Virus record (IMG/VR): IMGVR_UViG_3300024431_000003
Coordinates: 1-61,313 of that record
Length of the DNA: 61,313 bases
Origin: a virus
Lineage: Duplodnaviria; Caudoviricetes
Direction: 5' to 3' (one strand)
Part shown: positions 17,248 through 27,059 of the stretch, one piece after another
Layout: every line of letters begins with the position of its first letter
Position numbering within the stretch: the first letter of the stretch is position 1
Made by a program: the position numbers and the translations under genes
Notes under the pieces: generated by a model
The model's database searches: none
Told to the model about the DNA's origin: nothing
What the model saw: the letters and a program-made list of their open reading frames with translations, nothing else

Positions 17248-18656
17248 AGTTTATACCTCCTCTTCAGTGCCTTCAGAAGATCCCGCTGAGTCCTACTCCT
17301 TCCATCAAGCACATCAAGCATCACATCATCCACTGTATCTTCAGCGACCAGATGGTATGCGATGACACTGTGTTCCTGACCGTCTCGCCAGACACGCTGA
17401 TAGAACTGCTCGTACGTGTCCAGGTCAAAGGTCAGTCCGTAGTATAACACGTTCCTTCCACCGTACTGAAAGTTCAGCCCGTGACTCATCGACTGTATCT
17501 GACCAACGAGAGTCGTGAGACGACCTTCGTCCCAATCTTTTTTCAAATCCTTCTTGTGTTTGCGCGAACCTTTGTACCGGGGGATCTTCAATCCAGCCCG
17601 GTTCATCATCTCTATGTCATGTTCAAACTCCGTGGCAATGAGCAGAGGCTGACCCTGTAGTTCATCTATCAGTTCGCCGAGTGCCTGTACCTTCCGCTCA
17701 TGTATCATGGTCCAGTTCTTATGCCGGTCATGGTAGATGGCTCCGTTCGCCGCCTGACGTAGCTTGGCAGTCGCGACGGCTGCGTTCGCTGCGATGAGCG
17801 TCTTGCCTTTCCATTCTGCAATGAACTCCTTCTCCAGTTCATCGTACACTCTGCGCGGTCCAGGCGGAAGCTTGACCACCAGATCAAAGAACTCAATCGG
17901 CGTCTTGTTATCACGCTCGGCTCGGTGGATGCGCGGAGCGATAGCTTCCTGGATCTCTTCTGCCGCTCCCTCACGTATGACGTAGTCGTATCCCTTGTAT
18001 CCGGCCGGATTGAAGTACCTGTTCCTGAACCCTGTGATCGTGCTGCCAAGACAACGACCCTGATCCACGATGTACATCTGAGGCCAGAGATTCAGGTAGC
18101 TCTTCGGGATCGGTGTTCCCGTGAGGATGTAACGTCGCTTGAAGCTTGGGATCATCCTACAGATTGCGCTGAACGCATTCTTCTGAAGGTGCTTCCCTCC
18201 TGTCTTGGTCTTCTTCCGTCGGCGCCGAATCCTACCGTTGCGAAACTTACTGCTCTCATCCACCACGAACATATCTATCTGCTCTGTCTTGAACTTCTTA
18301 CTGAACTTCTCCTTGAGCCACCAGAGATTTTCGTAGTTGACAATGTACACGTCAGCATCCATATCCCACGCGTCTAGTCGGCGAGCTTCACTGCCGGTCA
18401 TCACCGAGTACGACAGGTCAAGGTCGCTGAACTTTTCTATCTCCTCCGGCCAGACGTCCTCACATATGTTGACGCTCGCAGTGACCAGCAACTTGTGAGC
18501 CAGTCCTTCCTCCTTGAGGATCTGGAATGCTTCCAGTGTTGTGATGGTCTTGCCTCTGCCCGGATCCCAGAACAATCCAGCGAAGGATAGCTTCAGCATC
18601 CATTCAATCCCTTCCAGTTGCGGTCCTCTAGGCGAGAAGCTTATTTCTGAGCTCAT
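17244..18656 (-). CDS. SNF2-family (DEAD/DExx) helicase
   Basis: DPGRGKT, VVDESS, LTGTP, HGLNFQ and QFYQRVWRDGQ motifs. Confidence 0.92.
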   Translation of the reverse strand: MSSEISFSPRGPQLEGIEWMLKLSFAGLFWDPGRGKTITTLEAFQILKEEGLAHKLLVTASVNICEDVWPEEIEKFSDLDLSYSVMTGSEARRLDAWDMDADVYIVNYENLWWLKEKFSKKFKTEQIDMFVVDESSKFRNGRIRRRRKKTKTGGKHLQKNAFSAICRMIPSFKRRYILTGTPIPKSYLNLWPQMYIVDQGRCLGSTITGFRNRYFNPAGYKGYDYVIREGAAEEIQEAIAPRIHRAERDNKTPIEFFDLVVKLPPGPRRVYDELEKEFIAEWKGKTLIAANAAVATAKLRQAANGAIYHDRHKNWTMIHERKVQALGELIDELQGQPLLIATEFEHDIEMMNRAGLKIPRYKGSRKHKKDLKKDWDEGRLTTLVGQIQSMSHGLNFQYGGRNVLYYGLTFDLDTYEQFYQRVWRDGQEHSVIAYHLVAEDTVDDVMLDVLDGRSRTQRDLLKALKRRYKL

Positions 18657-18945
18657 TGGCTTCCTCCTTCCCTATGATCTTGTGCGTTTCAAATCCGAGG
18701 GCTCTGAACTCCGCTCGGTAGTAGTCCTGGAGCTTTTCCCCGCGTCGTTTCTTCTTGGCTCCCTTGCGCTTGAACTCAATGATAACAGTTCGCGCTCCGG
18801 GTCCGAAGCAGAACCTATCAGGGAATCCCCGCTTGATCTTGTCGCCCTTAATTGTAATCCATCCAGCATCCTCTATCTCCTTTACGAAGTCATCCTCGAC
18901 GACCCACTCTAACCACTCGTCTTTGCTTTCTTCCATTCGTGACAT
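18628..18945 (-). CDS. VRR-NUC endonuclease
   Basis: E..RGFPDR..IEFKR..LQ motif; next to the SNF2 helicase. Confidence 0.85.
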   Translation of the reverse strand: MSRMEESKDEWLEWVVEDDFVKEIEDAGWITIKGDKIKRGFPDRFCFGPGARTVIIEFKRKGAKKKRRGEKLQDYYRAEFRALGFETHKIIGKEEANELRNKLLA

Positions 18946-19643
18946 GGTCCAGGCCTCCCGTTCTCAAGCTTCTTATCGCTGCGCATAGGACAGCCTCCAT
19001 ACTTTTGACAGGCTGCTCCAGGGTTCGACGGCCACTTGCGATCGCTCAGCATAGCCTTCGCTCGCTTCACCCATCGGTCCCAGAGTTCGCGGCTATCTTT
19101 TGGAGTGTAGTCCTGTCCTTCTATCTCACCGTGATCGCTGAACCATAACTCAACACGAATGCTCTTCGCTTCAGGGTAGTAGAACTGACTCATCGCCGCG
19201 TACAGATCCATCTGTGCCTGAGCTATGTTCACACGTCCTGTCTTCAGGTCAACGATCAGCAGTTCTTCATCGTCCTCAAAGTAATGGTGAGCATCAAGCT
19301 TCGCTCGCAGCCACGCTCCCTTCCAATCTCTTGGGTGAGTGTGTTGTAGATCTTCAGTCAGCGTCCAGTCCATCTCTGGATTGCCGCCGAGCTTCGCTAA
19401 GTTATTGATCTCCTTCTTCAACCCTGCAAGATCGTCAGGCATTCCTGTGACGTTCCCCTTCAGCTTCTCCTCAAACAATTTGTGAATGCGTATGCCACGA
19501 TCCATCGCTCTGTTCTTTGGCGCACGATACTTCAGTATGCTTTCGAGCAGATACTGATACGCGCACCCTCTCCACTTGTTATACCTGGAGATGGACCAGA
19601 AGTTTGGAATCCTCGTACCCTTTGGAATTCTTACTCTCTTCAT
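18909..19643 (-). CDS. Cas4/RecB-like PD-(D/E)XK exonuclease
   Basis: WSISRY..C, KLD, VDLKTG, QMDLY and a C-terminal Cys cluster; ATGA overlap with the polymerase stop. Confidence 0.85.
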   Translation of the reverse strand: MKRVRIPKGTRIPNFWSISRYNKWRGCAYQYLLESILKYRAPKNRAMDRGIRIHKLFEEKLKGNVTGMPDDLAGLKKEINNLAKLGGNPEMDWTLTEDLQHTHPRDWKGAWLRAKLDAHHYFEDDEELLIVDLKTGRVNIAQAQMDLYAAMSQFYYPEAKSIRVELWFSDHGEIEGQDYTPKDSRELWDRWVKRAKAMLSDRKWPSNPGAACQKYGGCPMRSDKKLENGRPGPCHEWKKAKTSG

Positions 19644-21508
19644 CGGATGTCCCTGTGTTTTTTCATTCTTGCCCAAGATCGTACACCGATCTCACCATCG
19701 GATAGCATTGGCAACTTGAACTTCACGTCTTCCATCGCCTCCCTCATCCGATCCATTTCTGCCAGCGCATGTTCCTTCGGCACACTGCAAACGAGTTCGT
19801 CGTGTACCTGTAGCACGATGCGTCCGTGCTGCATGTTCTCCCAGACGTTGATCATACCTTGCTTCGTGCAGTCAGCGGCACTGCCTTGAATTTTCGTGTT
19901 GAGCATCTTGTATTCAAACGTTCGCTTCTCCCTCCCTCCGTCGGCCGTCTCAACGTAGATGGGTTCTTCGCAGTAGTACTCGCGTCCTCCCCATGTATAA
20001 AACGGTTCGCCGTTCTTTGCCAGAGCGCGCAGTTCACGCATCACCTTTGAGATCCCCGGGACCGCGCGGAGTACTGCCTTCTTCAGCGTTCGCGCTGCCG
20101 TCTTCTCTAGCTCCAGGCGAGCGGCGAGCTTCGCGATCCCCATCCCGTAGATGATGCCGAAGTTCGTTTGCTTGATGTGCTTCCGTGGGAAGTTCATGCC
20201 TGTATCCTGCGCCACTAAGAACCTCACAGCATCGTGCGCATCCATCGTCGGATCCTCGTGGTACATGGCAAGGAACGCTCCCTCTTCAAAGTGCGCGAGG
20301 ATGCGAAGCTCCTGCTGATTGTAATCGCGTCTCAGGAAGACGTGTCCTTCATCCGGCTCAAAGTAATCACGGAGCCCAATGAAGTTCACTCCCTGCTTCT
20401 TCAGCAAGACCTGGAGCTTCTGCAAGATCTTCCAGTGCGGTGAACCGTCAACTGACGAAGGCACGTTTTGAAAGTTCGGGTCACTACTACTGAGCCGACC
20501 AGTCCGCGCTCCTTTGCCTTTGCCTCCACCGTACTCGTCCGACGACCGGACAGTGTTGAACGATGGCTGAATGTACCTGTCATTGATCTCACCGATGTCC
20601 AGCCAGTTCTGCAGGAACGTGCCGATGTACGTTTGACAGGTGCCGTAGATCGCAAGCATCTCAAGCAACTTGGGATCGGTGCAGTTCGCTTCCAGCACTG
20701 CTCGAGCGGTACTCACCTTCCCTGTCTTAGTCTTAACGATGTGGCTCAGCAAGTCGTTCTTGATCAGTGCGTCTGCGAGCTGAGGTCCGCTGCTCGGGTT
20801 GAACTTCATGCCGAGTCGGCGCTGAATGGATCGCTCCATATTGTTCTTCACCTTTATATACGCACCGATCTCACGCTTGAGCTTCGGCAGTCGTACTCGG
20901 ATACCATGCTGCTCCATGTGAAGCTTGATGGGGATCAGCTTCATCTCTCGCTCGTACGCTTCAGGCATGTATCTGATCACTTCCTTTTCCCATAGCTTGA
21001 ACAGACCCATCGTGCGATGAACGTCTCCCTTCGCATACGGACTGACGATAGAGCCGGGAGCCTTGCAGATGTACTCTCCCCATCGTGTCTTCCGCCGCTT
21101 CGCTTCGGGTACGTTCTCAAGGATCCAGTTCTTCAGCATGTTCTGTTCTTCCGGCGGCTCACCGAGCCACTCTTCAGCCTGAGGCTTGAGTGATAGCGTC
21201 AATGCTCGTGGTTCATTTAGAAACGCAAGACGAAGCGTATCATGATAAGGCTTGTTGACTTCAATGCCGTCTTGCGCCATGACCTCCAGGTCGAAGTCAG
21301 CGTTGTGAAACACTGGCGTATGATCTCGTATTACTTTCTTCACCTCTCTAACTGCTTGTGCTTTCGTGCAGTTGTTTCCTGATGGATGACCGAACGCTAG
21401 ATACTTCTTCGTTCGGCCGTACTTGATCGCATACCCGACGGCTCGTGGTGGATACTCCGGCCGCGAACGTATCGGGTGCGTCTCTGCGTCAATCGCTGCT
21501 AGGCTCAT
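19640..21508 (-). CDS. polA: DNA polymerase family A with 3'-5' exonuclease
   Basis: Exonuclease motifs IDAET, FHNADFD and YAKGD; polymerase motifs TGRLSSSDPNFQN, DYNQQELR, KQTNFGIIYG and QVHDE. Confidence 0.95.
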   Translation of the reverse strand: MSLAAIDAETHPIRSRPEYPPRAVGYAIKYGRTKKYLAFGHPSGNNCTKAQAVREVKKVIRDHTPVFHNADFDLEVMAQDGIEVNKPYHDTLRLAFLNEPRALTLSLKPQAEEWLGEPPEEQNMLKNWILENVPEAKRRKTRWGEYICKAPGSIVSPYAKGDVHRTMGLFKLWEKEVIRYMPEAYEREMKLIPIKLHMEQHGIRVRLPKLKREIGAYIKVKNNMERSIQRRLGMKFNPSSGPQLADALIKNDLLSHIVKTKTGKVSTARAVLEANCTDPKLLEMLAIYGTCQTYIGTFLQNWLDIGEINDRYIQPSFNTVRSSDEYGGGKGKGARTGRLSSSDPNFQNVPSSVDGSPHWKILQKLQVLLKKQGVNFIGLRDYFEPDEGHVFLRRDYNQQELRILAHFEEGAFLAMYHEDPTMDAHDAVRFLVAQDTGMNFPRKHIKQTNFGIIYGMGIAKLAARLELEKTAARTLKKAVLRAVPGISKVMRELRALAKNGEPFYTWGGREYYCEEPIYVETADGGREKRTFEYKMLNTKIQGSAADCTKQGMINVWENMQHGRIVLQVHDELVCSVPKEHALAEMDRMREAMEDVKFKLPMLSDGEIGVRSWARMKKHRDIR

Positions 21509-21717
21509 TCAAGTTCCCTCCTGATCTCTTCGCCTCGGATACCGTTGTATCTCTGCGTCAATCGCTTGAGGAAGGTTCCTCTTGGTTTTCTTCGCTCGTT
21601 CTCCAACTCTAATGCAAAGATTACCTCTTCGGCATTCATGTCCGCGAGGCACTCGTTGAGCGTAGTCCAATTCTTCACAGCCTTCGCGACGAATCGTTTT
21701 CTTACTTCCATGCTCAT
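21505..21717 (-). CDS. Hypothetical protein
   Basis: AGGAGG RBS; coupled to polA. Confidence 0.7.
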   Translation of the reverse strand: MSMEVRKRFVAKAVKNWTTLNECLADMNAEEVIFALELENERRKPRGTFLKRLTQRYNGIRGEEIRRELE

Positions 21718-21730
21718 CCTCCTAAAGAAA

Positions 21731-21809
21731 TGAGACCGGCCCGACTTTCACGGGCAGTGTCATTGTCCCGGACTAAGGGTGACAAAGTCCTAGGCTGACA
21801 GCGATCTCA
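21731..21809 (-). ncRNA. Predicted multi-stem cis-regulatory RNA
   Basis: Nested pairings on the - strand: TGAGATCG/CGGTCTCA, TGTCA/TGACA, GGACT/AGTCC and GCCCG/CGGGC. Confidence 0.5.
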
Positions 21810-21818
21810 ATTAGTTTA

Positions 21819-22115
21819 CTACCGACCGAACTTACGGAACTGACGGTCACAAGTTTCCGCCATCTGACGGACTCCTGATGCCTGTCGTTTGCGTTCCTTA
21901 CCGGAGTCGGCGATTGCCTTCCCCATGTACCCAGACGCGATCATCGTGCGCATGAAGCGTTCGATGCGTTCTTGGTTCGGCTCATACGGAGGCAACTTCT
22001 TCCGCGCACTACGAGTCCTCTCGCGCTTCTTGCCATCCTTGTTCTTCACCGCTGTCTTCTTGCTTGACGCCTTCTTACTTGCGGTCTTCTTCTTTCCTGC
22101 TTTCTTGGTAGCCAT
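21819..22115 (-). CDS. Histone H1-like basic protein
   Basis: MATKKAGKKKTASKKASSKK; AGGAGAACG RBS. Confidence 0.7.
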   Translation of the reverse strand: MATKKAGKKKTASKKASSKKTAVKNKDGKKRERTRSARKKLPPYEPNQERIERFMRTMIASGYMGKAIADSGKERKRQASGVRQMAETCDRQFRKFGR

Positions 22116-22128
22116 CTTTCGTTCTCCT

Positions 22129-22944
22129 TTAACTTACACGTGAACGGCGACGCGTCTTCTTCGCTGCCTTCTTTGAAGTCTTCTTCTTAGACTTCTTCTT
22201 CTTGGCTCGCTTGCCGTTCCCCTTCTCATACCCTGACACATCGTAGGGTTCCATGAGTACTTCTCTTGCTTCCTTTCGCTTGCCGAACGGTCCGGCCAGA
22301 AGCTTCTCAGGTACTTCCTCCAGGAAGGAGAAGATCAGCTTCTGGTAATCCGCATGCTCGTCCATCTCCAGGCGCGTGATGACAGCGTAGCATGGAAGCT
22401 CTGCTGCCTTCGTCAACCCTTTGATGTACTTATTGAACGCGGCTCCGGACGTCACGGGTACTTCTATGAAGAACAGATCGCCATCCAAGTCGTCGACGTG
22501 CATACATGCAAGACGGTTCTTGTCACTGCATGCTTTCCCGCGACCGCGACCACTCGCCCACTCATTCGCCCAACAATCAGCGCAGACTTCCGCTTGCTGA
22601 TCAGGAGCGTCAGGGTGAGGAGCGATGTTGTTCGCGTTCGGCTTCAATGCGAAACACGCTGGCGGAACCGGATTGTCTTCGTCGTAGTCTTGGTCAAAGT
22701 ACAACTTCGCCACGACATGATCAACAATCACTACGTCAATAGATTCCCCAAGATCTGCACCTTGGAAGCTGAACTGACCGTTCCTTTTCAGCGTCACTCT
22801 GTTTCCGCTGCCGACTGGTGTCCGCTCGCTTTCCTCCGCCGCGTCTTCCTTCAACTGGTCGCGCCAGTTTGCAGGTAGAGTTGACTTCCGGATCGCGACG
22901 GTCTTGCCCGTCTTCTTCTTGCTTGTCTTCTTTTTTCTAGCCAC
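22129..22944 (-). CDS. Putative ssDNA-binding/annealing protein with a Cys cluster and Lys-rich tails
   Basis: PACF..CADCWANEWASG.GKACS..VPVTS motif seen in phage replication modules; upstream of polA. Confidence 0.6.
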   Translation of the reverse strand: MARKKKTSKKKTGKTVAIRKSTLPANWRDQLKEDAAEESERTPVGSGNRVTLKRNGQFSFQGADLGESIDVVIVDHVVAKLYFDQDYDEDNPVPPACFALKPNANNIAPHPDAPDQQAEVCADCWANEWASGRGRGKACSDKNRLACMHVDDLDGDLFFIEVPVTSGAAFNKYIKGLTKAAELPCYAVITRLEMDEHADYQKLIFSFLEEVPEKLLAGPFGKRKEAREVLMEPYDVSGYEKGNGKRAKKKKSKKKTSKKAAKKTRRRSRVS

Positions 22945-22964
22945 TTTGTCTTCCTCCTATAGGA

Positions 22965-23354
22965 CTATCGTTTTCTTGTACGGAAGTTGACCGACGTGTA
23001 GATCTCCACTCCGGCTGGCTTCTTGCGTTGAGCAAGTAACTCCCGATACGCTTCAGCACTGACACGGTTCTGAAACAGTTCCATATGACCAGTGCGTTTG
23101 ACATAGGCATCCAGCGCACGACGGTCAGACACACGAACATGATCACGCTCTTCAACGTAACCTGTTGCGACCCTTCCCTTCGCACCCTCAATACCTTCCT
23201 TGCCGAACTTGTGCAATGCTTCGGCCTCAATTTTAGTGATGTCTGCCTTGACGTCGTTCACCTTGTCAAGCAGTGCATCACGTTTCATCTTCAGCTTATA
23301 GTGAGCGTCGACAAACCAGTTGACGTTCCTCACCACTCGTTTCTTCTTAGCCAT
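22965..23354 (-). CDS. Conserved phage replication-module protein (coiled coil plus beta domain)
   Basis: D..ALDAYVKRTGHMELFQNRVS..PAGVE motif; strong RBS. Confidence 0.6.
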   Translation of the reverse strand: MAKKKRVVRNVNWFVDAHYKLKMKRDALLDKVNDVKADITKIEAEALHKFGKEGIEGAKGRVATGYVEERDHVRVSDRRALDAYVKRTGHMELFQNRVSAEAYRELLAQRKKPAGVEIYTSVNFRTRKR

Positions 23355-23373
23355 GATACTTCCTCCATCATCG

Positions 23374-23679
23374 TCATGTGATTATGGCATTGTCCTTCCG
23401 CTTGTACACGAAAAGAATCGGTACTGCCAAGATGTAACTGAGGTATTCATATCCTCGCGGGATGTTATCCCCTTGTCGGAGTATGGTTACATCAATCTTC
23501 TGCATCGGCAGGTTCATCGGTGACACTTCACAGAAGACAACCATCTCCCCTTTCGGGGGGACGGCGCCGACGTGAATTACTTTCGCTCCCTCAGGCATCT
23601 CAACGTACCCTTTGATCTTGTCATCGGGTGCTTGTCGTTCAGATGACTGTAACGGATAGGCCTCAATCTTCACTCTCAT
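23374..23679 (-). CDS. Conserved phage hypothetical protein
   Basis: MPEGAKVIHVG..GDNIP motif; GGAGG RBS. Confidence 0.6.
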   Translation of the reverse strand: MRVKIEAYPLQSSERQAPDDKIKGYVEMPEGAKVIHVGAVPPKGEMVVFCEVSPMNLPMQKIDVTILRQGDNIPRGYEYLSYILAVPILFVYKRKDNAIIT

Positions 23680-23896
23680 CCTCCTTCGGCCATAGGGTTT
23701 CGGAAAGGACTAGACTCGCTAGTGTTTCGTCCTTCCATATTTCATCGCTACCTGTTATCAGGACAGCGACACCATTGCGATGAACCACTTTGCCCAGAGA
23801 GCAATGAAGATCATCCTGCTCAGCAACATCCCCGATACGAATTTCCGTATCCTCGGGAAGCGAACTGAGTACTTGCGTCAGCTCCTTGACGTTCAT
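23663..23896 (-). CDS. Hypothetical protein
   Basis: MNVKELTQVLSSLPEDTEI start typical of small phage proteins; GAGGAGG RBS. Confidence 0.65.
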   Translation of the reverse strand: MNVKELTQVLSSLPEDTEIRIGDVAEQDDLHCSLGKVVHRNGVAVLITGSDEIWKDETLASLVLSETLWPKEDESED

Positions 23897-24174
23897 CAGC
23901 AGCCCTCCTCTGGTGCGACAACGACCCTCACTGCGATACATGCCCGGTCTTTGTCCAGGTAAGCTATCTCACCCGTCCTCAGGTTGGACACGCAGATCTT
24001 GCCGCTATACTTACGTTCCTCCGGTCGGTACGACCCGCACACTGCGTTGACCATGAACAGGTCAGTCGCTGCATGCTTGTCGTGGAACGGACGTGCGAAA
24101 CGCAAAGGAGTTCCCGCCTTGAATGTTTCAAGCGGACTGTACTTCACACTGTCTTCACTGCTGATGATCCTCAC
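23896..24174 (-). CDS. Hypothetical protein
   Basis: GTG start after GAGGAGG; coupled to its neighbours. Confidence 0.55.
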   Translation of the reverse strand: MRIISSEDSVKYSPLETFKAGTPLRFARPFHDKHAATDLFMVNAVCGSYRPEERKYSGKICVSNLRTGEIAYLDKDRACIAVRVVVAPEEGC

Positions 24175-24398
24175 GCTTCCTCCTCGCCGCAATAATGCAC
24201 GGCAATCAGTTGAGCAGCCTTCGTCTTGATGACATGAGGGACGCCGTCTCCATAGCGATCATGGATGTAGTCGCAAGCGTAGTCGTAGATGCTATCTCTA
24301 AGACCTTCCTGCTCTTCGTCCTCCATACCATCAGCGAGGTCAGGGATGACACCTTCTATCTTCGGCCGAACGAGGTCGGCTATCTGTTGTGGTGTCAT
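24171..24398 (-). CDS. Hypothetical protein
   Basis: RBS and ATGA overlap. Confidence 0.6.
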   Translation of the reverse strand: MTPQQIADLVRPKIEGVIPDLADGMEDEEQEGLRDSIYDYACDYIHDRYGDGVPHVIKTKAAQLIAVHYCGEEEA

Positions 24399-24703
24399 GA
24401 CTGTTCCTCCTCGCAGATGAAGCCGAGCAGCGCACCGAGCGAAGCGTACTCACGCGTCACACTTTTGAAGTACCGAACTGCGCGGTCAATGCACGACTGG
24501 CGTGAGCTGAACTTAGTGGGGAGGTCATACATATCCTCCTCATAGACCAGCGTCATTTCCCACTCGCATACTTCTGCTCTGTCAAAAGCATAGCAGTCCG
24601 GATCCATCTTCGGAACAGCTTCGCCGTAGTCTTCCACGTTGAACTCTTCTGTGGCTGCTACCTGCATGAACATCATCATCGTCATTGCTATTAGCATCTT
24701 CAC
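24395..24703 (-). CDS. Putative secreted protein (signal peptide, 4 Cys)
   Basis: MKMLIAMTMMMFMQVAA signal-like N-terminus. Confidence 0.55.
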   Translation of the reverse strand: MKMLIAMTMMMFMQVAATEEFNVEDYGEAVPKMDPDCYAFDRAEVCEWEMTLVYEEDMYDLPTKFSSRQSCIDRAVRYFKSVTREYASLGALLGFICEEEQS

Positions 24704-24966
24704 TTGTTTTCTCCTGTCCTCTTGAACGCACCAGTCATTGAACTGATAGCATCCTTCGCGGACTTAGTATCCCAGCCGTATACATCCACGAGGATCTCAT
24801 AGACCTCGCTGACAAGGGAGTCGCCGAGTCGGGCACGATTGCCTGTATCAGCCTTGCAGAAGCACTCAGTGAGAGCCAGTGCGGTCTCGCCGAGCTTCTG
24901 CTTGAAGTGTCCACCGTTCGCCATGCGCTTCAGGTATCCACCCGTCCTAGTTTGCGTCGTCATCAT
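24700..24966 (-). CDS. Hypothetical protein
   Basis: AGGAGAACA RBS with ATGATG start. Confidence 0.6.
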   Translation of the reverse strand: MMTTQTRTGGYLKRMANGGHFKQKLGETALALTECFCKADTGNRARLGDSLVSEVYEILVDVYGWDTKSAKDAISSMTGAFKRTGENK

Positions 24967-24973
24967 TGTTCTC

Positions 24974-25351
24974 CTAGTTTGCCTGTAAGAATCCGCCCTT
25001 GATCAACTGACCAATCACGGTCGTATCTATTGACAGTCCGCCGATCTGCTTGTTCAGCATCCTGCGCGTCACACTGCCAATCCCATGCTTCTTCTCCAGC
25101 TTCTCATGCTCGAGCAAGATGCGCTCGCGCTGGCTTCCCTTCTGTGCAGTCTTGCCCGTCAAGATCAGAGGCGTGTCAGGACTCATTCTCTTGCCGTGCT
25201 TCGTGCCGTTCAACTTCTTCGCTGATGCATCCATGTCCACATCGGCGGCGAGCTCGTACTTTAGATTGCTCTCCTTCAATGCAGCAAGTATCGGACGCAT
25301 CTGCGTTTCGCGCATACCCGTTATCGTTATCGTGTATGTGATCTTCATCAT
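24974..25351 (-). CDS. Hypothetical, possibly DNA-binding protein
   Basis: Basic 125 aa; coupled start. Confidence 0.55.
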   Translation of the reverse strand: MMKITYTITITGMRETQMRPILAALKESNLKYELAADVDMDASAKKLNGTKHGKRMSPDTPLILTGKTAQKGSQRERILLEHEKLEKKHGIGSVTRRMLNKQIGGLSIDTTVIGQLIKGGFLQAN

Positions 25352-25560
25352 CTCTTCCTCTTAGGTGCGTGTCGTGGGTTATCAATCATGAACTCCATCC
25401 GCGATTGCAGACGGTCAATGAGTCCAAGACGCCATCGCTTATCCGCGACTGAGCGTCCCCTCCAGTGTGCGAGCCCTCCATAACAGGCTGCGCACACTCC
25501 GAGGTGATGATAGCGAACGTCGTTCTTACAGTTGTCTATCAAACACTTCTTCCTTCCCAT
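25348..25560 (-). CDS. Small Zn-finger-like protein
   Basis: CLIDNC...CAAC; GAGGAGG RBS. Confidence 0.6.
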   Translation of the reverse strand: MGRKKCLIDNCKNDVRYHHLGVCAACYGGLAHWRGRSVADKRWRLGLIDRLQSRMEFMIDNPRHAPKRKR

Positions 25561-25584
25561 CGTACTTCCTCCTCGTCATCGTCA

Positions 25585-25992
25585 TCAGTAACATCCGTCC
25601 TCGTCAAACCGAACGGCTGATACTATGTGAGCGTGACCATCCTCGAATGCTTCCAAGGCTAAGTCCCTGCTCACGTACTCTGCCTTCGCTTCCGGTGTAT
25701 CGATGCTGATCCAATACACTGGTCCCTCGGCGTTATTGTAGATCTCTTGGATCTCCCGTTCCACCAGACGCGGGATCGCTCTTACGAGCGACCCAGACGT
25801 CCACCTTGCGCAGTCACAGTCCATCTGGTCCACACTGAGGGACACCATACCGTCTCTCTGTGCTGCCACCACAGACGCCACAAGCTCCGATCGGCGGCCG
25901 ATGTCACTGGTGTCTCCCTGTAGGAAGTGACCGCACTGCTGGAGCGCCCTCTTGGTGTGCGCGTACCAGGACTTCCTCTTCGCGTCACACAT
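25585..25992 (-). CDS. Hypothetical protein
   Basis: 135 aa ORF in the early gene run. Confidence 0.55.
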   Translation of the reverse strand: MCDAKRKSWYAHTKRALQQCGHFLQGDTSDIGRRSELVASVVAAQRDGMVSLSVDQMDCDCARWTSGSLVRAIPRLVEREIQEIYNNAEGPVYWISIDTPEAKAEYVSRDLALEAFEDGHAHIVSAVRFDEDGCY

Positions 25993-26290
25993 GGGAGTCT
26001 CCTGTCAGCGCGTCATCTATCCGGGCATCGCGCGCATCTTCTAGCTGACACTCGCGGCACTCCGGACACTGATCACCTTCGTCCTTGACGTACTCATCTC
26101 CACAGGACTTGCACATCGGAACGTCCTCCATGACACCGTTGTCCGCGTCAGTACCGCACGACGGACAGTATCCGGTGTACTCCGGCGGCTCTTCTCTGTT
26201 GCCTACGAACGTGCAGACGACAGCAACATCAGCGTCACTGCCTTCCCATCCGCACTCGCATCGTACTCGTCTTGAGTTTTCCATCATCAT
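25985..26290 (-). CDS. Multi-CxxC Zn-ribbon protein
   Basis: CECGW, CPSCG, CKSCG and CPEC motifs. Confidence 0.65.
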   Translation of the reverse strand: MMMENSRRVRCECGWEGSDADVAVVCTFVGNREEPPEYTGYCPSCGTDADNGVMEDVPMCKSCGDEYVKDEGDQCPECRECQLEDARDARIDDALTGDSHV

Positions 26291-26526
26291 TCTCCATCAT
26301 CATCGTTGGTGAACTTCACTAAGCCGAAGTTCATTGACGCAAGCATCTCGCCAATAAAAGAACTCAACTGGTCCACTGCATCTACCTCCGAGTCGGCGAA
26401 GCAATAGCGATCGCCGTCTTGGTCTAAGACCTCCCAGTCTTTCGTTCCACTTGCTTCAGGGAATCGTGCTTTGACTTCGTCGGACGTCTCTTGCACAATA
26501 TAATCAATCTGCACTTGAATCCGCAT
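26287..26526 (-). CDS. Hypothetical protein
   Basis: RBS; overlaps its neighbours. Confidence 0.55.
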   Translation of the reverse strand: MRIQVQIDYIVQETSDEVKARFPEASGTKDWEVLDQDGDRYCFADSEVDAVDQLSSFIGEMLASMNFGLVKFTNDDDGE

Positions 26527-26812
26527 GACGGGGTCCTCCCATGTACAGGTACTCGGCGCCGATCACGCTGGCATAGTACTCCATGCTCCATACGTTGTCG
26601 CCTGTACCACGGACGCAGACCTTCCCTTGCGAACTACACTTGTGCGGAGGGCTGAGCCATGTGATCTCCACGCGCTCACCATCACTGGTGTGAGCGTAGT
26701 CGCCGACCTTCAACTTCTTCTGCGTCTCTGTGTCAACAAGAGTCCAGCCATCGCTGGATGCGTACCGACCATCGTCGGCGAGTGGTGCTAGTATCATCGT
26801 CTTCATTATCAT
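26504..26812 (-). CDS. Hypothetical protein (SH3-like beta barrel)
   Basis: LKVGD..GE..I..PPHKCSSQGKV..EYYASVIG; AGGAG RBS. Confidence 0.6.
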   Translation of the reverse strand: MIMKTMILAPLADDGRYASSDGWTLVDTETQKKLKVGDYAHTSDGERVEITWLSPPHKCSSQGKVCVRGTGDNVWSMEYYASVIGAEYLYMGGPRHADSSAD

Positions 26813-26816
26813 GCTC

Positions 26817-27059
26817 CTAGTCGTTGGTGATGGCACGGATGTTCATCTTGTGTGCCGTGATGCGGTCCAGCAGGTAGTGGAGTTCTTGCTCTGATCCCTT
26901 CGCACGAACCTCTCTATGCTTGCTGACCGCAAAGTCTTGCTGATCCTTACGGAACGTCACGCGTCTGTTCAGCAGGTCAATCAAGTCCTGTACTGTCAGC
27001 TCACCGAAGCGTTCATAAGGTGCGTCTCCTTCGTCGTACATACGTTGCGTCGTACTCAT
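26817..27059 (-). CDS. Hypothetical protein
   Basis: AAGGAGAACGACATG start. Confidence 0.6.
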   Translation of the reverse strand: MSTTQRMYDEGDAPYERFGELTVQDLIDLLNRRVTFRKDQQDFAVSKHREVRAKGSEQELHYLLDRITAHKMNIRAITND

